Origin: a virus
DNA length: 58,909 bases
Virus record (IMG/VR): IMGVR_UViG_3300045988_121717
Strand: one strand, 5' to 3'
The position numbers were made by a program, and so were the translations under genes. Below, piece by piece: positions 8,633 to 15,863 of the stretch. Every line of letters begins with the position of its first letter. The stretch's first letter is position 1. The notes under the pieces were generated by a model. It saw only the letters and a program-made list of their open reading frames with translations, was not told where the DNA came from and ran no database searches.

Positions 8633-8855
8633 CAGGGTCGAGCTTTTCCACTTCCCCGCTCTCCCGGTCGATGACAGCAACATCGTAGCCGAGGGCATCA
8701 GCGTACTTGCAGAAACGCTCCACCTTGATGTCATCCATGCGCCGGAGCTGCTGGTTGATCTGCCGAGGGTTCTCGTTCAGACTGGCGGCAACGGTCTTCT
8801 GCCGGAGTTTCTTTTTCTTCATGCAGCGGCAGATGGTATCGGCGGCAACGCCCAT
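8616..8855 (-). CDS. XRE-family helix-turn-helix protein (79 aa)
   Basis: C-terminal part of ORF 8616-9155. ICRCMKKKKLRQKTVAASLNENPRQINQQLRR fits an HTH_XRE pattern. Confidence 0.55.
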   Translation of the reverse strand: MGVAADTICRCMKKKKLRQKTVAASLNENPRQINQQLRRMDDIKVERFCKYADALGYDVAVIDRESGEVEKLDPAKNNL

Positions 8856-8871
8856 GTTCTCATCTCCCCTC

Positions 8872-9273
8872 TCAGCCAAATACCAGCTCGCCGAACAGGG
8901 CGTACTGGATGATTGCGTCGGCGCACAGAGCATCAATTTGGCCGCAGTCAACGGAACCATCGGAGTAGTCGATTGCGTCATAGCTGTCTCCGTCGTTCTC
9001 GGCCCACAGCTTGAAGCCGGCAAGGAACTTGTCACGGTCGAGCATATAGCAGGTCTTGTCATCCTCAAACGGCTCATCGAGCCAGACAGCGAGCTTCCCG
9101 CCGCGCGAAATCTGCTCGCTGGCGTACTCACCGAGGTAGTTGCCCTGCACGACAACGCGCCTGCACCAGTAGTTGATGCCGCCTTCGAGGGCAGACACCA
9201 TGATGTCGTCGATGTCCTGCTGGGTCAGTGCAGCACGAATCTGAACCAAAACTTCAAATTTCTTTTCAGGCAT
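8872..9273 (-). CDS. Hypothetical protein (133 aa; alternative start at 9348)
   Basis: ORF track 8872-9348. The ATG at 9273 follows GAAGGAGAAAAG. Confidence 0.55.
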   Translation of the reverse strand: MPEKKFEVLVQIRAALTQQDIDDIMVSALEGGINYWCRRVVVQGNYLGEYASEQISRGGKLAVWLDEPFEDDKTCYMLDRDKFLAGFKLWAENDGDSYDAIDYSDGSVDCGQIDALCADAIIQYALFGELVFG

Positions 9274-9344
9274 CTCACTTTTCTCCTTCAATTTCAAAAG
9301 CGATTTGATATTTCGCTCGAACGATTTAACATTCGGCACAAGCA

Positions 9345-9491
9345 TCACAATCGAACCTCCTTGCGGAGTTCTTCGGCGGCGACATCGGCGGTAAATCGGT
9401 CAACGCCGAGCTTTTCCAGCCGCCGGTAGGCTGCCTCCTTCTCCTTCGGGGTCTTTGCCCGGATGAGGTCAGTAATCAGGTCACTCAGCAT
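9345..9491 (-). CDS. Small hypothetical protein (48 aa, MLSDLITDLIRAKTPKEKE...)
   Basis: Internal start of ORF 9345-9677, following GAGAGGAGG. Overlaps the upstream stop. Confidence 0.5.
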   Translation of the reverse strand: MLSDLITDLIRAKTPKEKEAAYRRLEKLGVDRFTADVAAEELRKEVRL

Positions 9492-10012
9492 AAGCCAGCC
9501 TCCTCTCTCGTGATGATTCCGTGCGTCCACGGCCCGGTGTAGATGCCGATGCTTGGGAACAGCCACAGCAGAATCTTCTTCATGGCATCGAGGTAGATGC
9601 GATACAAGGCATTCTGCGAGTTCAGGTCGAGATCGGAGTCGGTGTCTTTCTGAATCAGCTCGACAGCGGTGGACCATTCATTGTCCTCAACGGCAACGTA
9701 GAACAGTGGGCTTTCGAGAATCGCTCGCCGAGTCCTTGAAATATTCTCGTTCGTTTTGCTGAAATCAGGAAACCGATTCACGAAGTCATCGGAGAACGAT
9801 CGCAGGTCACAATCTTCCTCATCGACGCTTTCGCACTCATCGTACTCCCAGCCCTTTTCTTCGGGAGAATCGGTGCCGAACCAGTAGCGGAGCTTGCGGT
9901 CATCCATGTCGTCATCGGCGGCATTGACCTTCCGGTAAACAGCCGTGTAGTCATTGTCGATGTAGAACACCCCTTCGTAGGGGCCATCAGGGTGAACATT
10001 TCCGCGTCCCAT
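9485..10012 (-). CDS. Hypothetical protein (175 aa)
   Basis: ORF track 9485-10066. Start MGRGNVH follows GAAAGGAGC. Confidence 0.6.
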   Translation of the reverse strand: MGRGNVHPDGPYEGVFYIDNDYTAVYRKVNAADDDMDDRKLRYWFGTDSPEEKGWEYDECESVDEEDCDLRSFSDDFVNRFPDFSKTNENISRTRRAILESPLFYVAVEDNEWSTAVELIQKDTDSDLDLNSQNALYRIYLDAMKKILLWLFPSIGIYTGPWTHGIITREEAGLC

Positions 10013-10026
10013 ATCGCATGCTCCTT

Positions 10027-10224
10027 TCAAATAACACCGCCGTCGGCGGTAATAATGCAGTAACAACCATCTTTGCTGTAATCACCACAGTATTCATTAC
10101 CAGCTTCATCAATCCACAGCGGGTAGTGACTCTTATTATCCACACCGTAATAAACGTCCGGCAAGCGTTTCAGCTTTCCAACCACCTCAAAACCCTTCAA
10201 TTTTGAATACTCACGAACGGTCAT
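10027..10224 (-). CDS. Hypothetical protein (65 aa)
   Basis: ORF track. GAGAGGAG upstream. Confidence 0.5.
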   Translation of the reverse strand: MTVREYSKLKGFEVVGKLKRLPDVYYGVDNKSHYPLWIDEAGNEYCGDYSKDGCYCIITADGGVI

Positions 10225-10241
10225 TGCTCATGCATCTCCTC

Positions 10242-10451
10242 TCAGAACATGGTGCAGATGACGAACAGGACGAGTGCGAGGTCCAGAGCCGCGATGCCGA
10301 CGGTCTTGAGGGCCGAGATCAGGCGGGTGCGGTATGCATCCTGCTGACGGCGGGCTGCACGGCGGCGCTGCTGCTCGCGGCTGTCGAGGAGCCGGATGAA
10401 GCAAGCCTCATCGTTGGCGTTAAAGGCGGGTGCGTTATTTGCGTTCAACAT
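10242..10451 (-). CDS. Small C-terminally membrane-anchored protein (69 aa)
   Basis: ORF track. RBS TTGGAGGAAAAAAAGT. Arg-rich middle segment, then the hydrophobic tail VGIAALDLALVLFVICTMF. Confidence 0.55.
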   Translation of the reverse strand: MLNANNAPAFNANDEACFIRLLDSREQQRRRAARRQQDAYRTRLISALKTVGIAALDLALVLFVICTMF

Positions 10452-10496
10452 ACTTTTTTTCCTCCAAAAATCTGTTGTTTGATAGATTGTAACTTT

Positions 10497-10568
10497 ATTC
10501 TAGCTGGAATTTTCCAATTTGTCAACCGATTTTTCCAGCTATGTTGAAAATTATCTGGAAAAATCCAG
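10497..10568 (-). promoter_or_regulatory. Repressor-controlled promoter (duplicate of the switch promoter) with CTGGA-N4-TCCAG operators
   Basis: Minus strand reads TTGACA(10520-10525)-aattggaaaattccagc-TAGAAT(10497-10502). Operators are at 10504-10517 (in the spacer) and 10555-10568, with a half-site at 10527-10539. Confidence 0.7.
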
Positions 10569-10569
10569 C

Positions 10570-11307
10570 TCACCGGGGAAGGCTCCGTGCATCAGCCGGG
10601 AAAACTTTGGCGACAAGCTCCTGCATCGCGCCGCAGCCACCGGCGATGTTCACGAGCTTCTTGTACTTCGAGATTTCTTCGAGGTACAGATCACAGGCGG
10701 TGCGGTTCAGGCGGTAGAAGGTCGTCTTCTTGTGCTGGGAGTTGAAGCCGCGCACGAGCTGGAAGTTCTTCCGGGTCTCGCTGTCGAGATACGGCATGAT
10801 GCGCTCATCAATGCGCCGCACAACCTTGAAGTTGCTGGTGCTGAACAGTTCGGCAATCTGCTTCGTGGTGATGCAGCCAGCAACAGGCTTGTCAACGCAC
10901 CTGTCATCCTCGACATCACGCAGAAGCGGCGCAGAGGGCGCAGGAGCGGACTTTGCGGGTTCGGGCTGGAGTTTCCTTGTCGGAGGCTCGGAGGCGCGTT
11001 CTGGGGCTTCTGCGGGCGGCTCAGGCGCACCATGCAGGAACATCATAACAGCCCAGCGGAAACCGGCGATGAATCCGCTCTCCTCATACTCCACAGCAAA
11101 ATCCATTGCCTTTTCGAGCAGGGCGTTCTGGACGGTGTTGCTGCTCCGGGTCTCGTTCTCGACGTAATAGGCGAAGACATCGTAGTCACGGACTGCGGCG
11201 GCGGTGTGCCGCTCCTTGCAGTTCGTGGAATCAACGTAGTCGCAGAACATCCTGCTGATGGCCTGATCGCTGTACACAGGCAGCGTCATAGGGTTCTGGT
11301 TGGTCAT
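10570..11307 (-). CDS. Rha-family-like phage regulatory protein (245 aa) with an unknown N-terminal domain
   Basis: The C-terminal half ITTKQIAELFSTSNFKVVRRIDERI... resembles the Rha/pRha regulatory domain. Ala/Pro-rich linker. RBS AAGGAGATG. Confidence 0.5.
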   Translation of the reverse strand: MTNQNPMTLPVYSDQAISRMFCDYVDSTNCKERHTAAAVRDYDVFAYYVENETRSSNTVQNALLEKAMDFAVEYEESGFIAGFRWAVMMFLHGAPEPPAEAPERASEPPTRKLQPEPAKSAPAPSAPLLRDVEDDRCVDKPVAGCITTKQIAELFSTSNFKVVRRIDERIMPYLDSETRKNFQLVRGFNSQHKKTTFYRLNRTACDLYLEEISKYKKLVNIAGGCGAMQELVAKVFPADARSLPR

Positions 11308-11321
11308 AGGGTGTCATCTCC

Positions 11322-11483
11322 TTACTGAATCTGGTCGTACCATGCGGTCAGACCGGCCTTGGTCAGCTCCTGCTCCTTGGCAATGGCGGCAGCCTCAGAC
11401 TGCGTGATGAGGCAAACGGTGCACAGCGGCTCGCCATCGAGGGGCGAAACGCCGGTCTGGTAGTAGACGGCATACAGTGCCAT
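11322..11483 (-). CDS. Small hypothetical protein (53 aa)
   Basis: Internal start MALYAVYY of ORF 11322-11510, following GAAAGGAGAG. Confidence 0.5.
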   Translation of the reverse strand: MALYAVYYQTGVSPLDGEPLCTVCLITQSEAAAIAKEQELTKAGLTAWYDQIQ

Positions 11484-11497
11484 GTAAATCTCTCCTT

Positions 11498-11671
11498 TCA
11501 GCGGGACCACTTCGTGTTGTAGAAGCGGAATGCGTAAACCTTGCGGTAACGACGAATCTCAGCGTAGAAGCCATTGAACTCCTCAAGCTGTTCATCAGCA
11601 TACCGTTTCATGTATGGCAGGTAGTTGCTCTCAAAGATGGTCTTGCCATCAAGAACGAGCGAATACGGCAT
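11498..11671 (-). CDS. Small hypothetical protein (57 aa, MPYSLVLDGKTIFESNYLPYMKRY...)
   Basis: Hand-translated. It fills the gap between neighbouring genes, but the RBS is weak. Confidence 0.35.
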   Translation of the reverse strand: MPYSLVLDGKTIFESNYLPYMKRYADEQLEEFNGFYAEIRRYRKVYAFRFYNTKWSR

Positions 11672-11682
11672 TTTGTGGGCAA

Positions 11683-12030
11683 TCAGACGTTCACCTCCCC
11701 CGGAACATTCAGGCAGATGTAGAAGCGGCCATCGAGGTCATCGACTTCCCAGAACCAGCCGCCGGTGTACTTGTCATCCACCATTTCCTTGTCCTTGCAG
11801 ATGCCGTTCAGCATCGCTTCGTAGATGGTGGAGTCCCAGCCCTCAAACCGAGGGTCGCTGCCGAGGACGTTGAAGAAGCGGCGGAACGCGGTCTGCCAGC
11901 GGCGGCAGTCGGTGATGAAGTCGGCGCAGACATAGCCGTTCGGCTTGCCGACGATGCAGATCAGGTCAACGTCCTGACGGTGGGGGTCGCGCTCGTAATG
12001 GTCGAAATCGACGTATTCTTTAACTTTCAT
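11683..12030 (-). CDS. Hypothetical protein (115 aa)
   Basis: ORF track 11683-12111. Start MKVKEYVDF follows AAGAGG. Confidence 0.55.
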   Translation of the reverse strand: MKVKEYVDFDHYERDPHRQDVDLICIVGKPNGYVCADFITDCRRWQTAFRRFFNVLGSDPRFEGWDSTIYEAMLNGICKDKEMVDDKYTGGWFWEVDDLDGRFYICLNVPGEVNV

Positions 12031-12065
12031 CGTAAACCTCTTGATTTCTCCTGCCGGCCTTGTTA

Positions 12066-12152
12066 AAATTAAAAAGCGGACTAGGAGGGCAGGTCTCCTA
12101 GTCGCTTCCAAGGGCTTAGGCTTCCGTTCCTCTCACGTTCGGGAAGCCTAGG
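12066..12152 (-). terminator. Two tandem hairpins; the distal one is followed by a T-run
   Basis: Stems are CTTAGGCTTCC/GGAAGCCTAGG (12115-12152) and GACTAGGAG/CTCCTAGTC (12079-12103). cgctttttaatttt follows on the minus strand. Confidence 0.55.
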
Positions 12153-12155
12153 CTC

Positions 12156-12308
12156 TTACTTTTTCTCCGGGGTCTTGGGTGCGGGGGTCTTGTCTTGTGC
12201 TATGTACTTCAGGCAGTCCAGAACATCCTGTGCCGTGTGGCCGTGGCTTTTCAGCCAGTCGGACAGCCTATCCATTTCCTTTGCGCTCATGCTATCAGCT
12301 TCTTTCAT
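12156..12308 (-). CDS. Small hypothetical protein (50 aa, MKEADSMSAKEMDRLSDWLKSHGH...)
   Basis: Hand-translated. RBS GCAGGAGGTG upstream. Confidence 0.5.
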   Translation of the reverse strand: MKEADSMSAKEMDRLSDWLKSHGHTAQDVLDCLKYIAQDKTPAPKTPEKK

Positions 12309-12429
12309 TTTTCGTACACCTCCTGCCTAGATGTTGAGCGGTCAAGCCGTTTTGGGCGGCCAGCGCGCTCTGTGCGGAATTTCCATGCAGTTACCTCCTC
12401 AGTGGATTTTTGGTGTTGTTTTGGTAACT

Positions 12430-12492
12430 TTATTATCGCACAAGTTCATTCGTTTGACAAGCGAAAATCTACGATTTGACGTATTTTTTTGC
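12430..12492 (-). promoter_or_regulatory. Early promoter module 3 (-35 TTGTCA, TGC-GATAAT -10, CGTAGATTTTCG motif, A-tract)
   Basis: Minus strand reads gcaaaaaaatacgtcaaatcgtagattttcgcTTGTCAaacgaatgaacttgTGcGATAATaaagttacc. Confidence 0.6.
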
Positions 12493-12531
12493 AAAAAGTG
12501 AGCGCATCTATCGGGCTGGATAGGTGCGCTC
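12492..12531 (-). terminator. Rho-independent terminator after gene 12539-12874
   Basis: 13-bp stem GAGCGCACCTATC/GATAGATGCGCTC with one mismatch, followed by ACTTTTTGC on the minus strand. Confidence 0.6.
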
Positions 12532-12538
12532 TGATCTC

Positions 12539-12874
12539 TTATTCGGGGGTCTTTTCGTCAGCGTCCTTCAGGTAGCAGTAGTCAACGACCCAGCCGTTCT
12601 TGTTGCCGAAGTCATTCATGTACCAATCGAGACGAACCATCTGGTCAGTGCCGTCCAAGCAGGAACCGAACAGGCTGGCAGAACAGCAGCTAGGCCGGAA
12701 TGCCTTGTTGTCGCTGCTGATCTCGTAGGTACGGCTGCGCTCAGGGTAGTGGCGGTTGGGCCAGTTGCTCTCCGAGAACACGATGAACGCGGTCATGGGG
12801 TCGCCAAGGTGCTCCTTGTTGTGCTCAACAAACAGATCCCGCAGTTCGGGATAGGTCATACGATTGCTTTTCAT
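12539..12874 (-). CDS. Hypothetical protein (111 aa)
   Basis: ORF track. RBS GGAGG 7 nt upstream. Confidence 0.6.
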   Translation of the reverse strand: MKSNRMTYPELRDLFVEHNKEHLGDPMTAFIVFSESNWPNRHYPERSRTYEISSDNKAFRPSCCSASLFGSCLDGTDQMVRLDWYMNDFGNKNGWVVDYCYLKDADEKTPE

Positions 12875-12987
12875 AGTGAAACCTCCATTGTGTCAATTTA
12901 CTTGCGGTTGGCTCCCGCGACCATTCCGGCGGCGTTGCCGGGATGGTTTCGGCTGTTGCCAGCAGCCATCGTCAGGCGGGTAATGGG

Positions 12988-13281
12988 TCAGACCAAGCAT
13001 TCAGTGCGGCTCTCAAGTTCTCTTGCCTGATCTTCAAATCCCCAGCGGTGGAACCAGTTGATGTACTCCTCATACATGGCCTTGAAGTACTTGTCGTCAA
13101 ACCACAGGCCTTCGGTGAAGCCATCAAGAAGGTCGCTGACGACCATGTTGGCGAACTCCATGTGACCAGCCATAATCTGCGCACGCAGGTAGGCGTTGAT
13201 GAGGTTGTTGATTTCCTTCCATTCGACGCTCTGGAAATCGTATTCGTTGCGGCGGGCGAGCAGTTCACGGTAAGTAGTCAT
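12988..13281 (-). CDS. Hypothetical protein (97 aa)
   Basis: ORF track 12988-13359. Start MTTYRELL follows ACGGAGGAAAACGCT. First gene after promoter module 4. Confidence 0.55.
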   Translation of the reverse strand: MTTYRELLARRNEYDFQSVEWKEINNLINAYLRAQIMAGHMEFANMVVSDLLDGFTEGLWFDDKYFKAMYEEYINWFHRWGFEDQARELESRTECLV

Positions 13282-13326
13282 AGCGTTTTCCTCCGTTTTC
13301 TTTCGTAGGTGTGTTGTTTTTGTACT

Positions 13327-13392
13327 TATATCTTCGCACAGGTGGCGGGCTTTTGTCAACCGAAAAATCTACGTTTTTACAGATTTTTTTGC
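13327..13392 (-). promoter_or_regulatory. Early promoter module 4 (-35 TTGACA, TGC-GAAGAT -10, CGTAGATTTTTCG motif, A-tract)
   Basis: Minus strand reads gcaaaaaaatctgtaaaaacgtagatttttcggTTGACAaaagcccgccacctgTGcGAAGATataag. It is divergent from the + strand promoter at 13401. Confidence 0.6.
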
Positions 13393-13400
13393 TAAATCTG

Positions 13401-13429
13401 TTGACCTCGTTACCTCCAGCGTTTATACT
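13401..13429 (+). promoter_or_regulatory. Sigma70-type promoter for the + strand island
   Basis: TTGACC (13401-13406), a 17-bp spacer, then TATACT (13424-13429), about 48 nt upstream of the HTH gene ATG. Confidence 0.6.
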
Positions 13430-13477
13430 GAAGGCAAACAAAGAGGCGGCAATGATGCTGCCGGAGAGGAGAATACT

Positions 13478-13687
13478 ATGACAACGGAGCAGCTTATCAA
13501 GGTGGCACTCAGCTATGCCGGCATGACGCAGGCGGAGCTGGCAGACAAGATCGGGATGAACAAGTCAAACTTCAACGCCCGCATGAAGCGCGAATCGTTC
13601 AGCCGGATAGAGATGGAGCAGATTGCCAAGGCATTGGGGATGGAGTTCGTCTACACGTTCAAGATGCCGGACGGCAAGACAATTTGA
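13478..13687 (+). CDS. XRE-family helix-turn-helix regulator (69 aa)
   Basis: LSYAGMTQAELADKIGMNKSNFNARMKR is a typical HTH_XRE pattern. RBS GGAGAGGAGAA. Confidence 0.75.
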   Translation: MTTEQLIKVALSYAGMTQAELADKIGMNKSNFNARMKRESFSRIEMEQIAKALGMEFVYTFKMPDGKTI

Positions 13688-14017
13688 CCCGATTGACCCA
13701 GTTCATTTGACCATATATAACTAATATACTTTTTCTCTTATTCTTTATGGTCACGGACGTTCCATTGGACTGTCCGCGTGACATTTGACCCTAAATGCGT
13801 GGAACTACGGATTTTTCCAACAGAAGTCCATGGAAAATGCAACATTTTCGTCGGGTCAAATTTCGGGTCAAAAAATGCGTCCGAATTTTGTCCGCGTGAC
13901 CGTCCCTGTGACCGTCCGCGTGACATTTGACCCAAAATCCTCGGAATTACAGATTTTTCGGCTGGTTCACTGCGTCCGCGTGACGTCACACGGACTGTCC
14001 AATGGACGCGGTTGACC
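13682..14017 (+). repeat. Repeat-dense non-coding spacer: TTTGACC(C) iterons, GTCCGCGTGAC repeats and palindromes, an AT-rich block
   Basis: TTGACC occurs about 8 times on both strands. GTCCGCGTGAC occurs 4 times, plus variants. A ~46-bp direct repeat lies at about 13771-13817 and 13912-13958. A near-palindrome GTCCGCGTGAC|GTCACACGGAC sits at 13975-13996. The AT-rich block spans 13713-13748. Confidence 0.85.
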
Positions 14018-14040
14018 AGCCGTTTTGAGCATCACAAAAT
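14012..14040 (+). promoter_or_regulatory. Putative promoter of the DUF262/DUF1524 gene
   Basis: TTGACC, a 17-bp spacer, then CAAAAT, ending 21 nt before the ATG. RBS GGAGGAAC. Confidence 0.45.
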
Positions 14041-14061
14041 CAAAACTGGAGGAACAAAATC

Positions 14062-15861
14062 ATGGGGCAAACCAATATCAGGTACACCGATGAGAGCATC
14101 AACACGGCGTTCAGTGCCTTCTACGTCATCCCGGAATACCAGCGCGAGTACGTCTGGGAGAAAACGCAGGTCAAGCAGCTTATGGAGGACCTGCTGGATG
14201 CCTACACAAGCGACAAGAACAAGGCGTACTTCCTTGGCACGATCGTAACGTGCAGTGCCAATGGCAATTTCGAGTTGGTGGATGGGCAGCAGCGGTTGAC
14301 CACGTTCTTTATCATCCTCTGTATCGTGAAGAAGCTGTACGCGGAGTACGGCATCCCGACAGCATCCATCGACCAGCTCATCTGCGGAACGAGCCTCAAT
14401 CAGTACGGCGTTCCTGTCACGCGGTATCGGCTGGAGCTTCAGCACCAGAACGTCACAAACTGCCTTGAACTGATTGCAAAGGGCGAGCCTCGACCGAGCG
14501 ATGTTTCAAAAACAGGAGGCCGCCTTTTCGATGCAGCGGAAGCCGTCGAGCAGTTCATGCGGGATAACTTCGCCGATATCACAGCTTTCGGTCCGTTCGC
14601 GGCATTTCTGCTGTACAAGTCCAGCTTCGTGCGTATCGACACGCAGAACGTGGTGGACGCGCTGAAAATGTTCGAGACCATCAACGAGCGCGGCAAGAAC
14701 CTCGACCCTATCGACCTGCTGAAGAATATGCTGTTCACAAACGTGCAGCCGAACCAGTTCGCCGCGCTGAACGCAGAATGGAAATCGGTCATCAACGAGC
14801 TGGAGAGGATTGATGAGAAGCCACTCCGCTTCCTGCGCTACTTCATCATGGCAAAGTACGACGTTTCAAAAGAGCCGAATGGTGTTCTGCGTGAAGACCG
14901 CATTTTCGCATGGCTCAAAGCAAACAAGAGCCAGTGTCCATACGCCTCCGCTCCGTTCAAATTTGTCCAAACAATGAAGGATTCTGCCACTTTCTATGCA
15001 AATTGCAAGAAGCCTGCAAATTCAGTCGGGGGGGGGGTACGAAGCCTAAAAAATATTCCCCTGCTGGCTGGCCTCTCCTACCGCCTGCATTTGATGCTTT
15101 TGCTGGCAGCCTCAAATATGGAGCCTGCCGTTCTTGACCGTTTCGAGGTGCTGGTGGAGTCCATCGTTTACTACACGGTCATCAACCATGTGACGACGAA
15201 CGACATCGAGCGCATTTTCGTCAAGTGGTGCGGTCAGGTCCGGGGTATCAAAACAGCCGATGAGCTGGACACGTTCATCAGCACCGCAGTCCTGCCGGAA
15301 GTCACGCGCTGGAAAACGGACAACGAGGCAAACTTCATGCGGCTCGGCCTGAACAGTATGCAGCAGTACAGAGTCAAGTTCATCATGGCAAAGCTCGCTG
15401 CCTATGTGAACGGTCTTCGCACAGGCAACGGCATGACCGATGAGCCGACCAGCGAGGAACTGTCTCGCCTCATTCCTTGGTCGTTCGAGATCGAGCACAT
15501 CATGCCGCAGACCTGTGCAGACAAGGCGCAGTACGGCGTAGATGAGGACGAGTTCTCCATCATCGTAAACCGACTTGGCAACCTCACGCTGCTGGAAAGC
15601 ACCATCAACCGCTCGATTCGCAATAGCACCTATCAGGACAAATGCGTGGATTACAGGCAGTCCACAGTGTACCTTACATCCTCCCTGCCGGAGCTGGTGG
15701 ACGTTGGCAAAAACAACGCCATCACGAAGGCAAACGAGAAGCTGAAGGCGTGGCCAGAATGGAACAAGACCTCCATCATGGAGCGTCAGGCCATGCTGTA
15801 CAAGCTGAGCGAGGAAATCTGGATGAGTGATGCCATCTGGAATCCGAAGAAATCTGCATAA
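14062..15861 (+). CDS. DUF262 (ParB/Srx-like NTPase) + DUF1524 (His-Me/HNH-like nuclease) protein, GmrSD-like type IV restriction/defence enzyme
   Basis: N-terminus YVIPEYQREYVWEK...LGTIV...LVDGQQRLTTFFI. C-terminus FEIEHIMPQ...LGNLTLLESTINRSIRN. 599 aa. Confidence 0.8.
   Translation: MGQTNIRYTDESINTAFSAFYVIPEYQREYVWEKTQVKQLMEDLLDAYTSDKNKAYFLGTIVTCSANGNFELVDGQQRLTTFFIILCIVKKLYAEYGIPTASIDQLICGTSLNQYGVPVTRYRLELQHQNVTNCLELIAKGEPRPSDVSKTGGRLFDAAEAVEQFMRDNFADITAFGPFAAFLLYKSSFVRIDTQNVVDALKMFETINERGKNLDPIDLLKNMLFTNVQPNQFAALNAEWKSVINELERIDEKPLRFLRYFIMAKYDVSKEPNGVLREDRIFAWLKANKSQCPYASAPFKFVQTMKDSATFYANCKKPANSVGGGVRSLKNIPLLAGLSYRLHLMLLLAASNMEPAVLDRFEVLVESIVYYTVINHVTTNDIERIFVKWCGQVRGIKTADELDTFISTAVLPEVTRWKTDNEANFMRLGLNSMQQYRVKFIMAKLAAYVNGLRTGNGMTDEPTSEELSRLIPWSFEIEHIMPQTCADKAQYGVDEDEFSIIVNRLGNLTLLESTINRSIRNSTYQDKCVDYRQSTVYLTSSLPELVDVGKNNAITKANEKLKAWPEWNKTSIMERQAMLYKLSEEIWMSDAIWNPKKSA
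15028..15037 (+). repeat. G10 homopolymer inside the DUF262/DUF1524 ORF (encodes GGG)
   Basis: cagtcGGGGGGGGGGtac read directly. The frame is currently open. Confidence 0.9.
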
Positions 15862-15863
15862 AC

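Noticed and set aside
13771-13984. GTCCGCGTGAC repeats as a mini-CRISPR array.
   Set aside because: The repeats are only 11 bp, irregularly spaced, occur in both orientations and are mixed with other motifs. No cas genes are present.
13738-14015. ORFs 13738-13989 (-) and 13785-14015 (+) in the island spacer.
   Set aside because: Their translations are periodic artefacts of the DNA repeats (VRVT...VRVT). They have no RBS and overlap each other on opposite strands, so the region is treated as non-coding repeat DNA.
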